Below are positions 12,572 to 23,999 of a stretch of 64,000 bases of DNA, in pieces. The first letter of the stretch is position 1; every line of letters starts with the position of its first letter. The notes below the pieces were generated by a model. The model did not search any database. It worked only from the letters and a program-made list of their open reading frames with translations, and was not told the DNA's origin. This DNA comes from Mobula hypostoma. Lineage: Eukaryota. The stretch lies in contig NC_086097.1 of the NCBI RefSeq assembly GCF_963921235.1, forward strand, positions 231,262,001-231,326,000, written 5' to 3'. The position numbers and the translations under genes were made by a program.

Positions 12572-12805
12572 CTAGTTTAAAGTCACCTCAGTAGCCCCCG
12601 CTAATCTCCCTGCCAGGATATTGGTCCCCCGAGGATTTAAGTGTAACCCGTCCTTTTTGTACAGGTCACACCTGCGCCAAAAGAGGTCCCAATGATCCAA
12701 AAACTTGAATCCCTGCCCCCTGCTCCAATCCCTCAGCCACGCATTTATCCTCCACCTCATCGCATTCCTACTCTCACTGTCGCGTGGCACAGGCAGTAAT
12801 CCCGC
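12572..12805 (-). pseudogene. CR1 ORF1 C-terminal SGNH-hydrolase (esterase) fragment
   Basis: GLLPVPR...INAWL...FLDHW...DGLHLN (block V DxxH). Confidence 0.88.
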
Positions 12806-13261
12806 AATTGACATATACTGCAATTGATTTATTATATTTTTCTTCTATATTGTGTAATACATTGAATTGCTGCAGCTAAGTTAACAAATTTCACGACACT
12901 GCTGGTGATAATAAACCTGATTCTGATTCTGAGATGCTGCCTGGCCTGCTGAGTTGCTCCAGCATGTTGTGTGAGTTGCTTGGATCTCCAGCATCTACAG
13001 ATCTTCTCATGTTTAGGAGGTGGTTTCATGTCTTAATTTTAACAGCATCATCACATTCTTATTGTTCAAATGTGTACAAGTAGAATGAGAACAGAACCAA
13101 TTCTTCCAGAGAAATTTTCTGCTTGATTAGCAACCGAACTTTTTTATCCACAGAAACAAATTCATGAAAAGTATTATAAAATTTCATTTGATATGCAAGT
13201 GATTCATTTGGCACTTATCAAAATTGTCCATTTGATAACGAATCAGTTTTAAACTGAAATG

Positions 13262-14416
13262 CAAACACGAGGAAATCTGCAGATGCTGGAAATTCAAGCA
13301 ACACACACAAAATGCTGGTGGACGCAGCAGGCCAGGCAGCATCAATAGGAAGAAGCACAGTCGACACTTCAGGCCGAGACCCTTTGTCAGGAATAACTGA
13401 GATAGTAAGAGATTTGAAAGTGGGAGGGGGAGGGATGGAGCCAAGAGCTGGAAAGTTGATTGGCAAAAGGGATACAAGGCTGCAGAAGGGAGAGGATCAT
13501 GGGAACGGGAGGCCTAGGGAGAAAGGAAGGGGAAGGGGAGCCCAGAGGAAGATGGAGAGCAAGGAGTTATTGGGAGAGGGAGAGGGAGAGGGAGAGGGAG
13601 AGGGGGGGAGGGGAGAGGGAGAGGGAGAGGGAGAGGGAGAGAGGGGAGGGGGAGGGGGAGGGGGAGGGGGAGGGGGAGGGGGAGGGGAGGGGAGGGGGAG
13701 GGGAGGGGGAGGGGAGGGGAGGGAGGGGAGAGGGGAGGGAGAGGGAGAGGGAGAGGGAGAGGGAGAGGGAGAGGGAGAGGGAGAGGGAGAGGGAGAGGGA
13801 GAGGGAGAGGGAGAGGGAGAGGGAGAGGGAGAGGGAGAGGGAGAGGGGGAGGGGAAAAAAGGAAAAAGTAATAAATAAATAAGGGATGGGGTAAGAATGG
13901 GAGGAGGGACATTAGCGGAAGTTTGAGAAGTCAATGTTCATGCCATCAGGTTGGAGGCTACCCAGACGGAATATAAGGTGTTGTTCCTCCAACCTGAGTG
14001 TAGCTTCATCTTTACAGTAGAGGAGGCCCTGGATAGACATGTCAGAATGGGAATGGGACGTGGAATTAAAATGTGTGGCCACTGGAAGATCCTGCTTTCT
14101 CTGCCGGACAGAGCGTAGGTGTTCAGCGAAACGATCTCCCTGTCTGTGTCGGGTCTCACCAATATATAGAAAGCTGCACCAGGAGTACCGGACGCAGTAT
14201 ATCACCCCAGCCAACTCACAGGTGAAGTGTCGCCTCACCTGGAAGGACTGTCTGGGGCCCTGAATGGTGGTGAGGGAGGAAGTGTAAGGGCACGTGTAGC
14301 ATCTGTTCCGTTTACAAGGATAAGTGCCGGGAGGGAGATCGGTAGGAAGGGATCGGGGTGGGGGGGAATCGTTCCCTACGCCACTCCCTTGTCCATTCGT
14401 CCCCCCCATCTCCTCC
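13262..14416 (-). mobile_element. Penelope-like element 3' part with a short 5' inversion
   Basis: ORF 13912-14409 PGTYPCKRNRCYTC...VIYCVRYSWCSFLYIGET (GIY-YIG) plus a pLTR. About 14370-14416 is inverted relative to the rest. Confidence 0.92.
13572..13853. repeat. (GGGAGA)n/(GGGGGA)n homopurine microsatellite, about 280 bp
   Basis: Seen directly. It has expanded inside the PLE 3' UTR. Confidence 0.97.
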
Positions 14417-14919
14417 CTCGTAGCCTGTGGTACATCCCATCCAGTCCCGGTGACTTATCCAAAAGCTTTCCAAAAGCTCCAGCACATCCTCTTCCTTAAT
14501 ATCTACATGCTGAAGCTTTTCAGTCATTTATAAAACTCAATGGGGACCAGAGCAGAAGGTGAGCGAGTGTTCAGTGCAGTTTATTTGTGTGTGAGGGGTC
14601 TCACTCACTGCTCCCAGAGAAAGGTGCCTACATACGAATGGTCTCTCTCTCTCTTCCTCCCCCCCCGCCACCCCTCACTCGATACTACTAGAGGATGGTG
14701 CCAGAGTCCGTGGATCTCTGGCAAGGTTTAATCAACGCAGTTTGTGGATTGGTCGCTGTAGTTCATGTTATTTGTGTTTCTGGTCACTCCTTTCTTCATT
14801 GCTGTTTTATACCATTTTGATCAAGGCAGACGAGTGCTGTGGCCTACAGATAGTGGGAAGTGCAGTGCTGAATTGAACTGAACTAAACATGCCCGGACTC
14901 CTTGAATGACTTTGTGATT

Positions 14920-15710
14920 TGGTCGGAGGGGTGGAGCACTTAACAGCGGCTCCTTCGCTTGCATCTTCGGAAACAGCTCTATTTCTATCTTTAATATCTC
15001 TTTTTCCCTTTCAGGGTTCTTTTGAAGACCCTGACCTGGAGTTACACGCTGACTTTGGTTCTTTGCGGAAATGGGACCCACTCTCAGGGCCTTACGACCA
15101 GCCGCTTTTCGATACGCCAAGGCTGCCGCCTGGAAGACCAGTGCGCCTTCAGGATGTCGGATTTTCGTGGCTCTGGAGGCGGGCGGATTCGAGGCCAATG
15201 CCACCACTTGATGTGTCGTGGGAGTACACGGAAGATCGGAAGCAGCGAGCCGGCTGCGTGCCAAGAGACCAGAGTTCTTTTGGCACAGAGCTCGGAAAAA
15301 GCAACGCAACAGGCTTTTAACACCATAAATTAGCAAGTTGTTTTGTTACGTCTCCCCTCTTATAGTGAAATGGGGACACCCCTTTTTCCATTATTAGGGA
15401 CAGAGAGAGCCTGTGGTTTGTCGAATTACCAGGTTAACTGGGGTTCTGCAAGTCGGTGTCTTTGCTGTTGTCTTGCTGTTCGCATGAGTGCTCGGTGGAG
15501 GGTACAGATGCTTTTTCGCTGGTGGGGGGGTGGCTTTGCTGCTGCTTATGCATGGGACAGAGGAGCTGGGGGGGGCTTTGGGGTTCTAATATTTAATTGT
15601 CATTCATTCTTTGGGGCACTCCTCTGTTTTCGTGGATGTTTGCGAAGAAAAAGAATTTCAGGATGTATATTGTATACGTTTCTCTGACATTAAATGTACC
15701 AATTGAAACC
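14920..15710 (+). mobile_element. Unclassified CpG-rich non-autonomous element, apparently nested in an older SINE-like repeat (about 14540-15880)
   Basis: Its 3' part (GGGGCACTCCTCTGTTTTCGTGGATG...TTCTCTGACATTAAATGTA) recurs at 58520-58740. Confidence 0.6.
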
Positions 15711-16469
15711 TACTGTATTGTGTTTTTCACTTTTTTTTTCTAGCTGTTTGCATGATTTGTTCTTTTGCACATTGGGGATTTGATGTTTTTCTTTATACCG
15801 GTTTCATGGCTCTCCATGGGAAGACAAATCTCAGGGTTGTATGCTACATATATACTTTGATAATAAACGTTCTTTGAATAAAAAAATGTACTAATTGTAA
15901 TGTCTAAAATGAAACTTGTGAAAAAAAAACTGCTTCAGTGTCTTTCTCTAGAGATTTGATCTGAAAACAATTTTCACCACAATATTTAATTTGTTCATTA
16001 ACCTGAACAAAGCATGCATTAGTGATAGACCTGTTCAGAAAAAACTTTAATGACAAAGCTAGATTCTGACAGCAATATCTGCTGGTGCTTAGAGGGAAAA
16101 AAAAGCAAAGACCTACGATAGGAGGCAAGACTGAATTGCTTCTGCATTACATTTCTATACACTTGCAGCAGCCATCGCCTTTGGAATAACAAAATAGATA
16201 CAAAAAGAGCATTAAATATTTCAATGTTCTTCAGTGCTAGAAGATAAAAATCTATTCATTTCCACTGTGACCAAGGGCAGCACGCAAGTAACAAAAATAG
16301 TGAACACTGTTTGTAATAATTCACAGACAACAGTTAACTGCTTCCCATAATACTACAATGTAGATTTTAAACACCACACTCTAAGAAGATGTTGAATAGG
16401 GTATATAGTTTAATCAGTTTTCCATCTATATGACAAAGGCATTGAAATAAAAAGTAAAAGTACAGGCTA

Positions 16470-18590
16470 CAGCAAAACATAACAGATTCTGCAAATGTTG
16501 GTAATCCAAAGTCACATGCCCAAAATGCTGGAGGAACTCAGCAGGCCAGGCAGCATTTATGGAAAAAAGTACAGTCGACGTTTCGGGCCGAGACCCTTCG
16601 GCAAGACTGGAGGAAAAGAGCTGAGGAGTAGATTTAAAAGGTGGTGGGGGGGGAGGAGAGAGAAAGACAAGGTGATAGGTGAAACTGGGAGGGGGAGGGT
16701 TGTAGTAACAAGCTGGGACGTTAATTGGTGAAAGAGATACCAGGCTTGAGAAGGGGGAAGTCTGATAGGAGAGGACAGAAGGCCATGGAAGGAAGAAAAG
16801 TGGGGAGGAACACCAGAGGGAGGTGATGGGCAGGCAAGGAAATGAGGTGAAAGAGGGAAAAGGGGATGGGGAATGGCAAAGGAGGGGAGGGGGCATTACT
16901 GGAAGCTTGAGAAATCGATGTTCATGCCATCAGGTTGGAGGCTATCTAGACCTAATACAAGGTGTCGTTCCTTCAACCTGAGTGTGACTTCACCACCACA
17001 GTGGAGGAGGCCGTGGATTGACATATCAGAATGGGAATGGAACGTGGAATTAAAATGGGTGACCACTGGGAGACCCTGATCTTCTGGTGGACGAAGTGGT
17101 CTCCCAATCTACGTCAAGTCTCACCGTTTTACAGGAGGCCACACTGGGAGCACTGGACACAGTATATGACCCCAACGGACTCACAGGTGAAGTGTCACCT
17201 CACCTGGAAGGACCGTTTGGGGCCCTGAATGGTAGTGAGGGAGGAGGTGTAGGGGCAGGTGTAGCACTTGTTCCACCTGCAAGGATAAGTGCCAGGAGGG
17301 AGATCAGTGGGGAGTGATGAATGGTCAAGGGAGTCGCGTAGGGAGCGAACTCTGTGGAAAGCAGAAAGTGGGGGGGGGCGTGGGGGGAATGATGTGCTTA
17401 GTGGTGGGATCCCGTTGGAGGTGGCAGAAGTTTCGAAGAACCAGAACTGGACCCAGAGCCTGGTGGGGTGGTAGGTGAGGATAAGAGGAACCCTATCCCT
17501 GGTAGTGTGGCAAGAGGATGGGGTAAGAGCAGACATGCATGAAATGAAATGGAAGAGATGTGGTCGAAGGCAGCGTCGATGATGGAGGAAGGGAAGCCCC
17601 TTTCTTTGAAAAAGGAGGATAACCCCTTGGTTCTGAAACAAAAAGCCTCATCTTGAGAGCAGATGCAGAAGAGGCAGAGGAATTGAGAGAAGAGGATGGT
17701 GTTTTTTTTACAAGTAACAAGGAGGGAAGGTCCAAGCAGCTGTGAGAGTCAGTAGGTTTATAATAGACATCAGTAGATAAGCTGTCTCCAGCGATAGAGA
17801 CAGTGAGATCAAGAGAGGGAGGGAGGTGTTGGAAATGGACCAGGTAAATTTGAGGGCAGGGTGGAAGTTGGAGATGAAGTTGATGAAGTCAACGAGCTCC
17901 ACGTGGGTGCAGGAAGCAGCACCAATAAAGTCGTTGTTGTAGCGTAGAAAAAGTGGGGACGGACACCAGTGCAGACTTGGAACATAAACTGTTCCATGTA
18001 GCCAACAGAAAGGCAGGCATAGCTGGGTCCCATGCTGGTACCCATGGCTACACCTTTTGTTTGAAGGAAGTGGAAGGAGCAAAAGGAGAAATTATTAAGA
18101 GTGAGGACAAGTTCTGGTAGACGGAGGAGAGTGGTGGTGGAGGGGAACGGTTTGGGTTTGGTGTTGAGAAAGAAACAGAGAGCTTCGAGGTTTTCCTGGT
18201 GGGAGGATGGAGGTGTACAAGGACTGGACATCCATAGTGAAAGTAAGGTCAAGCAACATCTATGGAAAGGAATAAAGGGACAACATTTCAGGCTGAGACT
18301 ATTCATCAGGACTGGAAAGGAAGGGGGATGGGGAAGAAGCCGGAATAAGATGGTGGGGGAGGGGGAAGGTAGGTGAGTGGGAGAGGGGAGATGAATTGAG
18401 AAGCTGGGTGGTGATAAATGGAAAAAGATGAGTGGACCACGGGTGAAAGGGAAGGAAGAGGGGCACTGGAAAAGAGCTGATAGGCAGGTGAGAAGAAAAG
18501 GGCAAGAGCAAAGTCGGAATGTGGAATAGGAAAGTAGAAACTGGGGAGAGGGAGATGGGAGAAATTACCAGCAGAAAGAGAATTCAATGT
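16470..18590 (-). mobile_element. Penelope-like element: RT, GIY-YIG and pLTR (16470-18245), preceded by a second, older pLTR in the same orientation (about 18250-18590)
   Basis: LVLTLNNFSF...QTKGVAMGTSMGPSYACL and FLRYNND (decayed YIDD) RT motifs, RVPLILTYHP and PGTYPC. Confidence 0.9.
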
Positions 18591-19242
18591 TCATGTACAT
18601 ATTTACTTAAAACAAAGGAGCAATTTGATTTCCCTCAAAGATCTTCCACAATTTTTATTTCAAATAAACTAATTTATCATGTTCAATCTGTTTTTTGTGA
18701 GACACTGTGTATTCAGAAAGATCTTTTTAGTTGGTCCCCACCTAAGCAACAAAATGTTCATTTCATAGATAAAACAAATTTATAAAGGTAACTTCATTTA
18801 GCAGTCCTGACTTACGGACATCCATACGTACAAAAGAGCTTCCGTAATATTATTAAATTCAAAAGTCCAATGGAGAAGCAAACGTTCAACTCTACAAATA
18901 CAATTTTCTTTCTCTCTCTCTTTCCACATCCCCTAACACTTTAAGCAACTGTTCTTTCTTATTGGGAATGTGTGCTTTTGATGCCATTCAATACAAAGTG
19001 GGCAGGTTACAGATTACATATTTTACAACAGATTCATTTACAATAAATATTTTATCCTGTAAACACCTACATGAAGATAATTGTATTCAACTTATCATTA
19101 ACTTTCAGTAAGTCATTGAAGGAAGGTTCTGCTGGTAAATGCATAACCTTTCAAAATCTATTGACCCATGGATTATGAATAAAAGGACGTGATTAACATT
19201 TACAACCTTTCTTTGCACTGAACAAAGATAAACTCCGCCCAC

Positions 19243-19363
19243 CTGTCAGGTTGAGGGGTTGCTGACCAACTTCTGTCATAATTTCTGAGGAAATCACACT
19301 CGATCCCATCTGCAGGCTTCTGTCTGCAGCTTTACTTTCCTCCAGCCTTTCCCCGGCATTCAT
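19243..19363 (-). CDS. Candidate coding exon of an unidentified host gene (exon 19243-19388; MNAGERLEESKAADRSLQMGSSVISSEIMTEVGQQPLNLT plus a phase-1 base)
   Basis: Unique, GC-elevated stretch with acceptor ...ttctttaaaacag, an open frame with ATG at 19363 and donor G|gtgggc. It lies about 2 kb from the promoter-like region. No homolog recognised. Confidence 0.4.
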
Positions 19364-19509
19364 TCTATTTCCCTTGAGGAATGATCCACTGTTTTAAAGA
19401 ACCAAATCGCATAATTACTTTCAGATCAGCACAAGACATAGTTAGATATGCTCTCAAGCCCTCAAAATGTTTTTTCTTTTATTAGGAATACTCAATGTAA
19501 TCCTTGATC

Positions 19510-19880
19510 AAAGTTCAAAGTAAACTTATTATCAAAGTAGACATAAATCATCATATACAACTCTGTGGTTCATTTTCTTACAAGCATACTCAGTAATTCT
19601 AAGAACCATAACAGAGCAAATGAAAGACCACACACAACAGGGTGAACAAACAACCAATATGCAAAAGACAACAAAATGTGCAAATAGAAGAGAGAAAATG
19701 ATAATAACAATAAACAAGCAATAAATATTGAGAACAGAGACGAAGACTCTTTGAAAGTGAGTGTATAGGTTGTGGGAACAGTTCAGTGATAGGGCAAGTG
19801 AAGTAATCCCCAGTGGGTGAAGAGCAAGATGGTTGAGGGGTAACAACTGTTCCTGAACCTGGCGGTGTGAATCCTGAGAA
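19510..19880 (-). mobile_element. Rex1/Babar 3' UTR fragment
   Basis: Reverse complement of the TTCAGGAACAG...AAGAAAATGAA...TTTGATAATAA...TTTGAACTTTG 3' end. Confidence 0.75.
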
Positions 19881-20090
19881 TCAGAAACATATATGGTGAA
19901 GGCCCCTGCACCTATGAAATATCCGAGTAGGAGTCATGTATCTGTTTTCTCTCTGCATTGAACGTTTTCCCTGGGCATTCAACTCAGTGTTGAACGTTTA
20001 TTACGGTAGTCACGTGGGCTTCACAATATAAATAAATAAGACAGCTGCAATGTTTTAGAACTTATGGAAATATGCAGTAACAGACATCTG

Positions 20091-20302
20091 AAGAAGAAAG
20101 CCCTTAACTCCAAGTGGAGTCATCCGGATGCTGTCATGGCGACGTTTCTTTAGCGGGCTTTCTTATTTTTACGAGGCCGAGTTGTTAGCTCGACGCCCAA
20201 CCCAGCACGGATGGAAAGCGTGCAAGGGAGCCAACTGGATTCGAACTCCAGAGCCTTCGCTCCGAAGTCCGGCGCTGATGCCACTACGCTGCCAGCCGGC
20301 TA
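20091..20302 (-). mobile_element. tRNA-derived SINE with 12-bp target-site duplication
   Basis: Minus strand has A box TGGCAGCGTAGTGG, B box GAGTTCGAATCC and a (TTC)n tail. TSD AACAGACATCTG at 20079-20090 and 20303-20314. Confidence 0.88.
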
Positions 20303-20829
20303 AACAGACATCTGGTGAATAGGTAATGATACAGCTCTAAACCAGAGTCCATTCTGTTAAAACGCCACTTCAACCTCATGATTCTGAAAACCTCTGATAA
20401 AACTGACAAAGCATCATTCCTGGAAGGAAGGGCAAGCAATAATCATGTTTCATAAACTAATGTGCAGAAATTATAAAGTACTTCACTTCAACAAAAGTAA
20501 CTTGTAGTATATGCACGTCACTGTTACCTTCTCAAATAATTGTTTGGCAAAGTGTTCATTGACATTTCATAAATCTTTTATTACTAAATTTCAACAGATT
20601 ATTTTCTTTTCCTAGAAACATCAATACCCCAATGATAGTTTTCACACACAATCAAGTTCAATATTCCTCATAATGTTGCGTTGTTTCATGTTATGTCAAG
20701 AATTTGCCCAATTAGCAGTGACTAACTCTGTCAGATGTCCAATAATCCAATTGACCGGTTTAAAAACACTTAGGTGAGTTTAATAATTTCACAGTGCAGT
20801 GTAACTTCATACTAGGTTAGGTGAATGAA

Positions 20830-22700
20830 GCGTTCTAAGCGCAGCGCTGCATTTTAAAGGGTCCTTTTAGATCATCCCGATTTATACACATTTATATATA
20901 TTTAAAAAATCTGCCAAACACCGACTCAGATAATTGTTCTTTTCCTTTCTTCAAAAGAGCCCCGATTTGCATTTCGCAATTCTGTTTCCTCCAGGTTTGT
21001 TGAAAATAATGGCATAACCATCAGATATACGTCTCTTCAACGGAACCTTCTGGTTTTTAAAACCCTCCCCTACATCGAGACAAAACTAAATAAATACAAC
21101 TTTAATCTACAAATATAAAAGTGCTTCCGTTTGACTGCAACATGTTATTTCCGTATTCAGTAAACTGCGGGAAAAGAAAAGCGTAAATAAATAGTTCCAT
21201 TAAAGATCTCAATTCCGAGACTCGGTGTTCTTAAATTAGCAACATCTTTCATGGAAACGTATAAATTGTTACTGAACGAGGCATCGTTTCAGATGCTTAC
21301 ATTCGCATCGTCTCGAAAGAAAAACTGCACCGGGTGGGGGGAAACCATCACCCATTTAAAGAAAAGAGAACGATCCGGTGTGTTTAATAAATTCGGCAGT
21401 AACTACCGAGAGGCAGCGTAATTAAATTAAATTAAATACCTTCAAACAAGTACAAGTCCAGTTACCGCGCGGCAGCAGATTCCCTTGCATTGGCTCCCAC
21501 AGCGCAACTAAACAGTTAGCAGTCACATTGTGTCCTTTCGCTCCCGACGGGGGGAGAATAAAATACTTTACAATCTGTCTTAATTGACTTTTTGTAATGA
21601 CATGAATGCACTTAACAAGCAGTTAAAGATTTCAAAAGAAAACATTTGCAGAACAGGAATATTTATCAAAATGGCGGAGCGAAGAATATTTACAACACAA
21701 CAATGTTCAGTGCACGATTCTATATTATTAAAAGCTGCATTGATTAAAATCTGCAGCAGGACACCAAAATATTGGAACTTTGACTGGTAAATGCTTGCAA
21801 AGTAACGTTTCCAAATATCTCTGGTTACAATTGCGCAATTATTCTGGAAAAACGTGCGACTTTTTCGTGTTTATATGCAAGTGCATTGAAAATGCAATGT
21901 GAAGTGTTATGGAGGAATGTTTGTTTTACAAAGAGCTTAGATATAAAAAAATATGAACAATCAGATTAAAAACACTACTCGAGAGCAGCCTGTGAGCACC
22001 TTTCCCTCTGACTGGTTTTTATTTTCCACCCAAAATTCTGAAAAATTCCCCTTCTGTTCCTCCCCCCTCCCGCCCCAAGGATAAATTGTTTTAAGTAGTT
22101 TCAATTGAAAACCAGTCGACAGTAATTCCGCATTGAACGTCATTAAAACTAAAGAATATCTGTCAGTCAGTGCATCTGGAAGCGGAAAACTGTCAAAAAA
22201 GTGTGAAACAAAGTCTGTTGCATTCTTTTAAGTTAAACGCCAGATCGCGCCGGAAGCATATTCCTGCTTTTTTTTTCTCTTTCATTTCAAAAATGAGAGA
22301 AACAAATTTCACGCTGAATTTCCTTACCAGTGTAAGCTGTAATACTAGGCCCTTTTTTTTCAGCTGGGAGAGGGAGGCGGGCAAACTGAAGGCGCAGGCG
22401 CGCAGAGCGTACATTACTCCAGCGAGCAAAGTAACAATTCCACCTGACTCTTGAGGAAGCGAGATCGGGAGAGGGTAGAGAGGCGAGCATTCACCTGAGC
22501 AGGAATGAGACGAAGTGCCGGGATGTGGGGATTTACTTGGGGGCAGAAAGAAAGTAACTGGACTTGAACCCGACTCTGACCCTGGCGAAAGATGTGAAGA
22601 TTCACCTGAGGCTGAAGGGTGAGAAAAGAGCAAAAATATGGGGATTCACCTCGGAGAGAAAAGGGCTAAAGAATCGTCTGGCGCAGAAAGACAAATGGTG
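20830..22700. promoter_or_regulatory. CpG-enriched, repeat-free promoter-like region, possibly bidirectional
   Basis: High CpG density for this window. Motifs: YY1-like AAAATGGCGG (about 21668), GC boxes CCCCTCCCGCCCC (about 22064) and GGGAGGCGGG (about 22372), ETS-like CCGGAAG (about 22250), NRF1-like GCGCAGGCGCGC (about 22392). Confidence 0.65.
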
Positions 22701-23097
22701 CTAGAAGTTGTTTGAAACTTAAAAGAGGAGAAAAAATATTGAAGTCTGATAATAAGCAAAGGATCTGATTTTTTTAAAAACCGTAGATCTTGGTATTCAC
22801 ATGTAACTAGAAAAAAAGTGACAACTATATTACAGTTGTAATGAATTCATTGGTATTGAGGAAAAGGGTTGAACACAGTGTAGAGAATGCTTTCTTCCCC
22901 TTTATTTAGCTCAGTCCCAGGTGAACATTCATGACTTCTGTCTCTTCTTTACTGTCCTCAGTTTCAGGTAAATTACCACATCTTTGAACAAAAGGAAAAG
23001 TTCTGGGGATTGTGTCTCTCCAGTCATGGACTGGAAGTAGATAAAGATGTGGAGTACAGGGCTGAAGGGTCAGCAAAGATCATAAAAAGTAATTGCC

Positions 23098-23868
23098 AAC
23101 AGGAGAAAATCTGCAGATGCTGAAAATCCAGAGCAAAATGCCGGAGGAACTCAGGAGGCCAGGCAGCATCTATGGAAAAGAGTAAACAGTTTGTTTCATG
23201 TTGAGACCGTTCATGAAGACTGGAAAAAAGAGATTAGAAGTCAGAGTAAGAGGTACAAGGTGATAGGTGAAACCAGGAGAGGGGTGAAGTAAAGAGCTGG
23301 GAAGTCCATTGGTGAAAGAGATAAAGGGCTGCAGAAGAGGGAATATGATAGGAGAGGACAGAAGGCCATGGAAGAAAGGGAAGGGAGATAGTACCAGATG
23401 AAGGTGATGGGCAGGCAAGGAAGTGAGGTGAGAGGGGGGAAAAGGGATGCAAAATGGTGAAGGGGAGGGGAAAGCAATTACTGGAAGTTTGAAAAATCAG
23501 TGTTCATATCATCAGGTTGGAGGCTACCCAGACGGAATATAAGATGTTGCTCTCCCAAACTGAGTGTGGCCTCATCACCGTAGTAGAGGAGGTCGTGGAC
23601 TGACATGCCATAATGGGAATGGGAAGTTGAATTGAAATCAGTGGCCACCAGGAGATCCTGTTTTTTTTGGCGGACAGAATGCAGGTGCTCAGCAAAGCGG
23701 TCTCCCAATCTACATCGGGTCTCACCGATATACAGGAGGCCACACCAGGAGTATCGGATAGAGTAGGTGACCCCAACAGACTCACAGCTGAAGTGTCGCC
23801 TCACCTGGAAGGACTGTTTGAGGCTGTGAATGATAGTGAGGGAGGAGGTGTAGGGGCAGGTGTGGCAT
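23098..23868 (-). mobile_element. Penelope-like element 3' part
   Basis: ORF 23478-23885 is GIY-YIG (LLYIGETRCRLGDRFAEHL), followed by a pLTR. Confidence 0.92.
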
Positions 23869-23999
23869 AAGATTAATTGGATCAACTGTTCTGTAGTATG
23901 TCACACCAAAACACCACAGCAAAGTGTGATTGCAAAGGTAAAGGGAAATCTGATCTTCTACCATGAGACTTCTGAAAACTCAGCATCATGAACTATGAG

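Larger units (their letters stand above)
9466..12805 (-). mobile_element. Young 5'-truncated CR1 LINE (ORF1 C-terminus, complete ORF2 region, 3' UTR)
   Basis: (TTTCTATG)n 3' tail, near-intact ORF2 and an ORF1 esterase tail. Confidence 0.97.
9005..12932 (+). mobile_element. Rex1/Babar 3' fragment split by a CR1 insertion (9005-9465 and about 12810-12932)
   Basis: FYRCTLENILIGCITVWYG-like coding on +. The 3' UTR resumes after the CR1 and ends AATAAACCTGATTCTGATTCTGA. Confidence 0.8.

Noticed and set aside
13312..13934. GE/RE/PS/LP dipeptide-repeat ORFs
   Set aside because: These are translations of a homopurine microsatellite.
20225..20302. tRNA gene
   Set aside because: The tRNA-like head continues into a SINE body with a tail and TSD, so it is a SINE.
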